Origin: Sedimentisphaerales bacterium
GTDB taxonomy: Bacteria; Planctomycetota; Phycisphaerae; Sedimentisphaerales; SM23-30
Assembly: GCA_963666285.1 (NCBI GenBank)
Contig: OY762711.1
Reading direction: 5' to 3' (one strand)
Length of the DNA: 64,000 bases
The notes beneath the pieces were generated by a model that saw only the letters and a list, made by a program, of their open reading frames with translations, was not told the origin of the DNA and searched no databases. A program made the position numbers and the translations under genes. This document shows, one piece after another, positions 56,831 to 64,000 of this stretch (position 1 is the stretch's first letter; each line of letters begins with the position of its first letter).

Positions 56831-57241
56831 TTATTTAGTTGACTCTGCCTGTATTTTCATACGTTCGGCACGAATGATAAGTTTGTTTTGGTCAACTTCC
56901 TGCCGGGCAGTCAGTTCAAAATCCCATTCGTGATTATCCTTGAATGTAAATGGAACCAGGCATTCGGAGACGAAATCTAATGCCGGCCACTGATACAGAG
57001 GAGCTTCGGCTTTCCTGGAGGTGTTTATTGGTTCGTATCCATTTTTACGCAGCGTGACGGAATACTCGCCATACCAGGTGAAAGGTACGGTAATCGGAGT
57101 AGTACCGATCTCCTGATCGTTGAGCCAGACTACGGCGCCTGGCGGTCTTGAGGTAACCTTGATAAATCTTTCTACACAGCCGGTATTGAACAGGAGTACT
57201 GCAGAAAGGATAATCATAGTAGTTTTTTTTGTTTTATTCAT
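56831..57241 (-). CDS. PEGA-domain lipoprotein
   Basis: Lipobox TGC; TSRPPGAVVWLND.EIGTTP and Y.VTLRK.GY. Confidence 0.85.
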   Translation of the reverse strand: MNKTKKTTMIILSAVLLFNTGCVERFIKVTSRPPGAVVWLNDQEIGTTPITVPFTWYGEYSVTLRKNGYEPINTSRKAEAPLYQWPALDFVSECLVPFTFKDNHEWDFELTARQEVDQNKLIIRAERMKIQAESTK

Positions 57242-57303
57242 TCTTCTTACTTACCAGTAGCCTGGTTTGATGTGGTAAAGCAGTATACCACAGATTTATA
57301 TTC

Positions 57304-57464
57304 AGGCAACTTCTGAAAATTCATTTTGAGCGACTAGTTTTTCTTTTGTACTGACATGTGTCACATAAAACATTGAATACAGCTCAATATGCACGATTTT
57401 ATGTTCCTTGTCAGCGACCAAAATCTTAAACTGCCGCATCAAAAGCAATTTCCAGAGGTCACTT
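57304..57464. mobile_element. MITE-like element, diverged copy 2
   Basis: AGGCAACTTCTGAAAATTCATTTT...CAAAAGCAATTTCCAGAGGTCACTT; colinear with 29785-29945. Confidence 0.7.
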
Positions 57465-57506
57465 TTAGTTTATCACCCTGAAATATTTAACGGCAATACA
57501 CAGGAT

Positions 57507-57698
57507 TTATACTTCTTCCGGGTATTGACGCTGGTCAGATCTTTTTTCGGCAGTAACAGCCCGATAGAGGCTCCAGGTCAGTCCGCCGCCGATAGAGACG
57601 ATCATAAATATCAGAGTAGCCCATGCAGCAAACGAGAGTTCTCCATCGTATACTATCTTTGAAGATCCTTCTGCTATTGTCGCAAGCATGTTATACAT
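57507..57698 (-). CDS. Small membrane protein, MetS-like NSS transporter small subunit
   Basis: Single TM ending GGGLTWSLYRA, directly downstream of an NSS transporter. Confidence 0.6.
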   Translation of the reverse strand: MYNMLATIAEGSSKIVYDGELSFAAWATLIFMIVSIGGGLTWSLYRAVTAEKRSDQRQYPEEV

Positions 57699-57723
57699 GT
57701 TTCACCTAAAAATACGTTTAAGT

Positions 57724-59469
57724 TTATTCGAATTCTTTAATATTAGTCAGCCTGGTATTTGGCCATAGTGCCAGAATGAACGAAAGCAGTATCGCTATAC
57801 AGTTCATAGCCAGCCCAAACATGTCACTACCGATAAGGTTGCCGTTGGCGTCAACAATAAATCCGCCGGATTTTGTAATACTGCCAATAATATTCTTATT
57901 ACTATCAATAACAGTGTTATCTTTAACGACTATTGTAGCGATCAGTTTGCCTTCGGTGTCCAGGATGTCACCGGATTTTTTGTCATAATGTCCGAGTATA
58001 GAGCCGTCACCAGCAACCAGGCTACAGTCTGCAAGTGCGATTTTTCCGACAGAATTGCCACCATGATCAATATATTCATATACATGAGAATTGATTTTGT
58101 CGTATAGTCCCCAGATGATAAGTATGGTAAGTACGCCTGGTACAACGTACCTGATCATAGCGATCCACCAGTTACCGACTTTCCAGTCGCTTCGTTCGTT
58201 GGCATGGTCTTTCAGTTTGTTGAGATTAAAGAACCAGGCTAGAGCAATACATTGCACCAGAACCACGCAGGTTATACCGAATTCACCTTCGTTAATGAAA
58301 GAGTCAACAGTGGCGAACCATTGGAGCCCGCCCTCGGTGATATAAAGCAGGCCGAGTATGCAACCGATGCCTGACATGACGGTAAGTATCTTTACGCGAG
58401 ACCAGCCGGTTTTGTCTTTTATACTGGAAAGGGAAGCTTCAGTAAGCGAGAATGCCGAGTCAAGTCCCAGGATAAACAGGGCGAAGAAAAATACGGTCGA
58501 GAAGAATTTAGGATACGGCATATTGGCCAGTGCTTTTGGGAACGCGACAAACGCCAGTCCCAAAGATGAATCAAGTACTTCGCTGATTTCTTTTTGTTGC
58601 TCTAAAGCAAAGGCACCCAGAGTGGCAAAAACGGTAAGCCCGGCAACAAAGCTGGTACCGAGGTCGGCGAGGCCTATGATCATGGCATTGTTATTGATAT
58701 CACTTTTGCGGTGCAGGTAGCTGGCATAGGTGATCATGGTACCGAAACCAATTGACATGGAGAAACAGACATGGCCAAAAGCAGTGCGCCAGATATGTGA
58801 TTCTCCGAGCATCGCCCAGTTAGGTTCGAGGAAATATTCGACTCCGCTCATAGATCCTTCCATGGTCAAGCTTCGCCAAAGCAGCAGAATAAGCATGAAC
58901 CATGGTATCGGAACAATGAACAGCACGAGTTTTCCTATATAGTGAACTCCGCGGAAGATGCAGAGGAACATCATGACCCAAACGGCGATAAGCGAAAATA
59001 AAATTGACGGTCTGACGGTACCAATAGCAAAAGTGCCGTTATTTTTGAGATAATCTTTGAAGAAGCGGTCATTGGCATTTTCAAGCCATGGCAGTTCGCT
59101 ACCATTAAAGATGCTGTACAGGCTATCGATCAGGTAATTGAAGCACCAGGCCAGCACTACAGCATAGTAGCAAACAATAATAAAGCTGGAGACAATAGCC
59201 CACCAGCCGATGAACTCCATTTTTTTGTTAATTTTGCCAAAAGCGAAAGGAGCAGATTTTTGGGTATAATGACCGAGTGAGAATTCGAGAATGAGCAGCG
59301 GTATGCCGATTGAGAGCATTGCGACAATATAAGGGATAAGGAAGGCTCCACCCCCGTTAGCATAAGTTTCATGCGGGAACCGCCATACATTACCTAAACC
59401 AACAGCAGACCCGATAGCGGCCAGAACGAACCCGGCACGGGAACCCCAGTTTTCTCGTGTTTCTTTCAT
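57724..59469 (-). CDS. Sodium-dependent transporter, NSS/SNF family
   Basis: RENWGSRAGFVLAAIGSAVGLGNVWRFP, GGGAFLIPY, FSMSIGFG.MITYASY and LAFVAFP. Confidence 0.95.
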   Translation of the reverse strand: MKETRENWGSRAGFVLAAIGSAVGLGNVWRFPHETYANGGGAFLIPYIVAMLSIGIPLLILEFSLGHYTQKSAPFAFGKINKKMEFIGWWAIVSSFIIVCYYAVVLAWCFNYLIDSLYSIFNGSELPWLENANDRFFKDYLKNNGTFAIGTVRPSILFSLIAVWVMMFLCIFRGVHYIGKLVLFIVPIPWFMLILLLWRSLTMEGSMSGVEYFLEPNWAMLGESHIWRTAFGHVCFSMSIGFGTMITYASYLHRKSDINNNAMIIGLADLGTSFVAGLTVFATLGAFALEQQKEISEVLDSSLGLAFVAFPKALANMPYPKFFSTVFFFALFILGLDSAFSLTEASLSSIKDKTGWSRVKILTVMSGIGCILGLLYITEGGLQWFATVDSFINEGEFGITCVVLVQCIALAWFFNLNKLKDHANERSDWKVGNWWIAMIRYVVPGVLTILIIWGLYDKINSHVYEYIDHGGNSVGKIALADCSLVAGDGSILGHYDKKSGDILDTEGKLIATIVVKDNTVIDSNKNIIGSITKSGGFIVDANGNLIGSDMFGLAMNCIAILLSFILALWPNTRLTNIKEFE

Positions 59470-59479
59470 GATGAATTAA

Positions 59480-60346
59480 TTAATCAGATTTGTCTCCGCC
59501 AGTTTTAAGTCCAAGCAGAGAAAGAGAATCCTGCTCAACAATTCCCCTGAGCTGTTCTCGTGGGATAGCGGGTAAAACTGAATCTCGAGTGATTTTATTC
59601 AGGTTATAAATATATTCGACAGCTTCAGAGACGGTATAATTCGGGAAGTCGCTGCCGAAAAGGAGTTTGTCCATTACTTCATATTCATATGCGAGGATAA
59701 GAGACCGATAAGCCTGGAACGGTTTATTGGTGAGTCCGGCAATGTCGGCATAGACATTTTCATGCTTGGTTAGAAGTGAGATGGTTTGATCGATCCATGG
59801 GAAACCGAGATGTGAAATGATAATTTTCATATCCGGGAAGTCCCTGGCAACCTCATCAATGCCGCTTGGTGCCGCAAGGTTTAATGACGCTTTGAACGGC
59901 AGCTGCACGCCATACAGGAAATATACGGGTAACTTGTTGTCCTGGGCGATTTCATATAGCCTGCAAGCTTTACTATGGTAAGGGTGGAAATCCTGACAGG
60001 CGGGGCTTACGGTAAATCCGGATAGTATGCCTTCATCGATGATCTGGTTGAGCTCATCCCTGGCACCATCACACATCGGGTCGAGCCCTGCAAAGCCAAT
60101 GAGGCTTTCAGGTTGGGCAGAGACGTAGCTGCTGATGAATTTGTTAGGAATCTCACATTCCAGCAGTTTACTGACAAACCCCAGGATAATGGTGATATCA
60201 GCTGGTCCGGAAGAAGCCTGATGCTCGCCGGAGCTGATAAGGTTAGGAACATCGTCAGTATTCTGAGGTACCAGGCACGAAAATTTCGATGCTTTTCCCA
60301 GGCATTCCCTTGACGGCCATATGTGACTGTGACAATCTACTATCAT
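59480..60346 (-). CDS. Amidohydrolase family 2 protein
   Basis: IVDCHSH, IISHLGFP, NVYADIA and KLLFGSDFP. Confidence 0.88.
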   Translation of the reverse strand: MIVDCHSHIWPSRECLGKASKFSCLVPQNTDDVPNLISSGEHQASSGPADITIILGFVSKLLECEIPNKFISSYVSAQPESLIGFAGLDPMCDGARDELNQIIDEGILSGFTVSPACQDFHPYHSKACRLYEIAQDNKLPVYFLYGVQLPFKASLNLAAPSGIDEVARDFPDMKIIISHLGFPWIDQTISLLTKHENVYADIAGLTNKPFQAYRSLILAYEYEVMDKLLFGSDFPNYTVSEAVEYIYNLNKITRDSVLPAIPREQLRGIVEQDSLSLLGLKTGGDKSD

Positions 60347-60826
60347 AGTTTTCTTTTTTGAATATATTTAATAGAGATTTATATTAGAAGGGCAAGAATA
60401 GTTTTCGCCCTTTCGTAACTTAACATAATACCTAACAGAAGCTTACGTCTGGCAGATATTGCACCACGAACCAATTAATACAGTCCAAGGCAACAGTTAT
60501 AAAGTATATCTCGATTATAGATAAAATGAAAGCAAAAAAGTAGTTATAACACATCTCAGGCGGCTTTTGAGTGAAGTATAGTGCAAAATATCAGTTAATC
60601 TTAATCTAGCGGCAGTTCAAGAAAGATCGTCCTGCAAGAGGCAGTAAAAATTTTTTTATAAACAAGTTAGATATTTTTACTTTGGATAATAAGTGTTGGT
60701 TTTACTTAAGTTGTTACTGGGTAGTGTTTTATGTAATTATGTTGACTTTATGGGTGTGGTTTATGTATTATATGGAGTGTGTTTTATTTTAAATGTTTTA
60801 CTTAATTATTTTATGAGGTGGTGAAA

Positions 60827-61591
60827 ATGAAGAAAATGTGTTCTTTATTGCTAATCCTTGGATTAGCGTCAATTGTTTCTGCGTCAACAACAATCCATAC
60901 TATTACTCCAGATGACTTAGAAGGCGATAAACTGACTTTTTATACAGATCCTACAGCTATTGCCGGTTGGGACTGGGATGAAATAGCTCCTGCTGGTATT
61001 TCAACAAATTACTATTCTGACCCTGATTTAGGAACAGGTTCTTTTTATGCCAGTGTTCAGGGAAGTGCTGCAGGTACAGGTACTGATTATACAGCATTGC
61101 GAATTAATGCCAATCATTTATTTGGATATGATATGAAGTTTTCAGACCTTGCGAATTTGACTTATTCAACAGATTATGTTGGTGAATATGTTGACTGGCA
61201 GGTTAAGATTTATACTGCACCATTAGATGCTTCCGGTCCCTGGTATGCAACAAGGATAAACTATAATAGAGGTGATAGTTTGAATACTGGCTGGGAGACC
61301 TATTCCATAAACGGTACTGGTGGTCTTGGAATCCAGAGTATATCAGATAAATATCCTTCGTCAGCAGATTATTCAAATGAAATAATACTGCATATTGATA
61401 TTATTGTTGGTTATATGACCGATAGTCCATCAGGAGAATCATATCTTGATAATGTTATTCTAACAGACACTAACGGCGATTCTCACATTCTTGATCTTGA
61501 AGCATCTCCAACAGTTCCAGCACCAGCAGCTATCCTGCTTGCTGGTTTTGGTACATCACTGGTTGGCGGTCTGCGTCGCAGACTGAGATAG
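60827..61591 (+). CDS. Exported protein with PEP-CTERM-like (VPAP) sorting tail
   Basis: Signal peptide; C-terminal VPAPAAILLAGFGTSLVGGLRRRLR. Confidence 0.85.
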   Translation: MKKMCSLLLILGLASIVSASTTIHTITPDDLEGDKLTFYTDPTAIAGWDWDEIAPAGISTNYYSDPDLGTGSFYASVQGSAAGTGTDYTALRINANHLFGYDMKFSDLANLTYSTDYVGEYVDWQVKIYTAPLDASGPWYATRINYNRGDSLNTGWETYSINGTGGLGIQSISDKYPSSADYSNEIILHIDIIVGYMTDSPSGESYLDNVILTDTNGDSHILDLEASPTVPAPAAILLAGFGTSLVGGLRRRLR

Positions 61592-61616
61592 TTTAGATCT
61601 GTAAGTTGTAAAATAT

Positions 61617-61647
61617 AAAGGGTTTGCATTAAGTTGCAAACCCTTTT
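61617..61647. terminator. Bidirectional intrinsic terminator
   Basis: AAAGGGTTTGCA-ttaagt-TGCAAACCCTTTT between convergent genes. Confidence 0.8.
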
Positions 61648-61696
61648 GAATTTTAAACTATGAGTTGTAGTTGATTAGTCGGCAGTGACAGGATGA

Positions 61697-62323
61697 TTAA
61701 ATTTTAGAGAAGTTTTCCAGGATTTTCAGACCGAAGTTTTGAGATTTTTCCGGGTGAAACTGAGTGGCAAACAGGTTACCGCGTTTTATACTGGAGCAAA
61801 ACTCTATGCCATGGTCGGTAGTAGTCGCAACCACAGAATCATCCTCTGGTACAACATAGTAAGAGTGAACAAAGTAAACGTATGTTTCATTTGGCAGGCC
61901 CTCGTAAATTGGGTTGCCAGGATTAATTTGCAGGCGATTCCAGCCCATATGAGGGATTTTCAATTCATTTTTGTCAGGATGGCCAGTGAAGTCGAATTTT
62001 ACAACCTTGCCCGGAACGATTCCCATTCCCTGATATTCGCCATCTTCGTAGCTGACATCAAAGAGCATTTGCAGTCCTAAGCATATTCCCAGAAAAGGTT
62101 TACCGCTGTCGACGAATTTCTTTACCGGTTCGACAAACCCTTTGTCCTGGAGGGTTGCTATAGCGTCCCTGAAGGCGCCGACGCCAGGTAGTACCAGTTT
62201 GTCGGCAGCATCTACCTCGTCAGGATTAGAAATGATAATTGCGTCAGCTCCAACCTTTTCGAAGCCTTTTTGTACGCTGTGCAGGTTGCCCATGCCATAA
62301 TCTATAATTGCTATCTTACTCAT
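61697..62323 (-). CDS. hisH: Imidazole glycerol phosphate synthase subunit HisH
   Basis: [38 protein letters not shown] and QFHPEKS. Confidence 0.97.
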   Translation of the reverse strand: MSKIAIIDYGMGNLHSVQKGFEKVGADAIIISNPDEVDAADKLVLPGVGAFRDAIATLQDKGFVEPVKKFVDSGKPFLGICLGLQMLFDVSYEDGEYQGMGIVPGKVVKFDFTGHPDKNELKIPHMGWNRLQINPGNPIYEGLPNETYVYFVHSYYVVPEDDSVVATTTDHGIEFCSSIKRGNLFATQFHPEKSQNFGLKILENFSKI

Positions 62324-62337
62324 CTTTTTTGCTCAAT

Positions 62338-62365
62338 AAAAAGGGCAAGGAAAAATCCCTTGCCC
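62338..62365 (-). terminator. Intrinsic terminator after the OmpA-family gene
   Basis: Minus strand GGGCAAGG-gattttt-CCTTGCCC-TTTTT. Confidence 0.65.
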
Positions 62366-62422
62366 GAAGTTCTAATTAAAATAATACAAGGGTTACGTAA
62401 AAGCCAACCCCCATTTTAAGTT

Positions 62423-63034
62423 TTATCTAGTATAAACGATAATTTCAACGCGTCGGTTAGCAGCTTTGCTCTGGCTGATCGGATGGTATTCTCCACGTCC
62501 GGCAGCAACCATATTTTTAGCATCGATACCTTGAGATACCAGGTATCTGACAACAGATAAAGCTCTTTGAGAAGAGAGTTCCCAGTTGTCTTTCCATTTG
62601 CTCTTTTTGATAGGGTCTGTGTCGGTATGTCCCATTACCCAAACTTCTTTGCCAGGGTAATCTCTTTTGACGATAGAACTAATCCTTTGCAGGCTGCTTT
62701 TAGAGTCCTGTTTGAGGTCGACTTTGCCGGAGTTGAATAGCACGTTACTGTCAAGAGTGACGGTAATAGTCCCTTTGGCCGCATCGTATTTTCCGCCCAT
62801 TTCTTCGAGAGCAGATTTAGGTTGCGGTTTAGGTTGAGATGCTAACTGACGCTGTAGACCGGACTTATCTCTTTCGCAATCGCTAAGAGCAGCGCTTGTT
62901 CTGTCAAATAGAGCTTTGAGATTTTCCAGTTCGGCATTAGTAGTCTGGTATTTCTTTTTCCAATCGGTACATCCACTTAATAGAATGACGCTAAATGTCA
63001 GTACAACAGCCAGTGCCAGTTTTGATGTTTTCAT
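62423..63034 (-). CDS. OmpA/MotB-type peptidoglycan-binding lipoprotein
   Basis: Lipobox LSGC, coiled coil, GHTDTDP, NWELS.QRA.SV and NRRVEI. Confidence 0.9.
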   Translation of the reverse strand: MKTSKLALAVVLTFSVILLSGCTDWKKKYQTTNAELENLKALFDRTSAALSDCERDKSGLQRQLASQPKPQPKSALEEMGGKYDAAKGTITVTLDSNVLFNSGKVDLKQDSKSSLQRISSIVKRDYPGKEVWVMGHTDTDPIKKSKWKDNWELSSQRALSVVRYLVSQGIDAKNMVAAGRGEYHPISQSKAANRRVEIIVYTR

Positions 63035-63085
63035 AATTTACTCCTTAAGTTTAAATGTCTCAAATCCTTTAAGACTGAAAGTCTA

Positions 63086-63379
63086 TTATTTGTTTTGGTT
63101 TTTTACTTCATGTTCGATTTTGTTACGAAGTTTCTTTTCTTTTTTCAGCTCCCGCATCTGACCGATAATAAGTTTGATACGTTTGGAAACCAGGAAAAAA
63201 ACAATTCCCAGGTTAGCCGAAGCGAAAATAAGCGTATAGGATTTACTTTCCCAAAGTGTCCATCCAAGAAACTTCACTTTGACAATCTGTGTGTTGCTGA
63301 GCAGAAAAATCAATACCACAGCCAATACCAGTATAACAATCGAAAGATTGGCGTAAACCCTTATTTTATTAAAGCTCAT
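63086..63379 (-). CDS. LapA/DUF1049-like small membrane protein
   Basis: IFLLSNTQ.V.VKFLGW pattern, two TM helices and a basic tail. Confidence 0.65.
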   Translation of the reverse strand: MSFNKIRVYANLSIVILVLAVVLIFLLSNTQIVKVKFLGWTLWESKSYTLIFASANLGIVFFLVSKRIKLIIGQMRELKKEKKLRNKIEHEVKNQNK

Positions 63380-63576
63380 ATAACTTGTTGATTTTTAAGG
63401 CTTTATCATTTCTTTTCGGGTAGTAAATACCCTCCAAATCGAACAGCTAATTATTATATATCTATTATATGCTTCCTGCAAGCGGATAATCTCTAACATT
63501 GGCCAGTAACCGTGAAGGCTGTGTGAGTTATTAATGGATTAGTCGAGTAAGACAGATTGAGTAGAAATAAAATCAT

Positions 63577-63611
63577 AAAAAAACGGTCTCGTACAATTAA
63601 GTACAAGACCG
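63577..63611 (-). terminator. Intrinsic terminator
   Basis: Minus strand CGGTCTTGTAC-ttaatt-GTACGAGACCG-TTTTTTT downstream of the last gene. Confidence 0.75.
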
Positions 63612-63639
63612 TTAATAATCATCTCATTTTTAATGATAA

Positions 63640-64000
63640 TTAGAATTTACGGCGAATACGGCCAACAGCAGCGGTACCCATACCAGCCAGAAGCAGAGCA
63701 CCCGGAGCAGGAACAGCAACGGCATCTCTATATGAAGTCAGCGAGCTAACTTCGTTATCGAGTTTGACAGAGAAAGTCCAGGTTTCGCTGACAGTAATCC
63801 AATCAGCGATATCAGAATCAAGTTCAGCTTGAGTGTTAGTGTCGTATCCACCCCACCATGCCATACCGCCAATACCGATTACGCCGGTGCCATAGTTGTA
63901 CAGTTTTGTTGGTGTTAACCATGATGTACCATAGTAGTCGTCATAAAAGTCTAAATATTCACCATCCCAGGTATTTTCCAGTTTAACTTGAATTCTACCT
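63640..64000 (-). CDS. Protein with PEP-CTERM-like (VPAP) tail, 5'-partial
   Basis: Frame is open to the window edge; C-terminal VPAPGALLLAGMGTAAVGRIRRKF. Confidence 0.85.
   Translation of the reverse strand, partial: GRIQVKLENTWDGEYLDFYDDYYGTSWLTPTKLYNYGTGVIGIGGMAWWGGYDTNTQAELDSDIADWITVSETWTFSVKLDNEVSSLTSYRDAVAVPAPGALLLAGMGTAAVGRIRRKF

Noticed and set aside
1..64000. tRNA, rRNA or riboswitch genes
   Set aside because: No cloverleaf, rRNA or riboswitch consensus recognised by eye; a tRNAscan/Rfam run is needed to exclude them.

Overview
A bacterial chromosome segment of moderately low GC, most likely from a Planctomycetota/Phycisphaerae (Sedimentisphaerales-like) organism. That assignment is inferred from VPAP-type CTERM sorting tails, a Phycisphaerae-style dockerin tail, a membrane Ser/Thr kinase and two short sigma-70 paralogues. 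Housekeeping genes include lpoB, ffs, dnaX, ybaB, recR, pyrR-pyrB-nadK, rpoN, recO, nifU-nifS, argG, a class B PBP, apt and hisH. Between about 8.2 and 46.2 kb they are interleaved with AT-rich accessory genes and a dense family of modular intergenic elements. Each element has a purine-rich short tandem array (7, 9, 10 or 14 nt period), a structurally conserved hairpin (GTGTTC-variable stem-TCAC) and a TTTTAAA tail. All copies lie on the same strand whatever the orientation of the flanking genes, and the hairpin loops mostly read c(GNA)g or c(GNNA)g on the bottom strand. These elements head four intact and one truncated four-helix-bundle (Avd/IVP-like) genes and other cargo inserted into conserved operons, and no transposase, integrase or RT is present in the window. 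Other highlights: about 705-bp direct repeats bracketing an SPFH-SPFH-pyrR-pyrB-nadK block inside the split dnaX-ybaB...recR operon; an orphan Hcp with a signal peptide and a dockerin-like tail; a consensus sigma-54 promoter with candidate enhancer sites in front of a sigma-70 gene; two MITE-like hairpin elements; two Roco-type LRR proteins lacking Roc-COR; and an A9 run in dnaX. Family calls come from motif recognition by eye; no searches were run. Three apparent single-base deletions may be sequencing errors.
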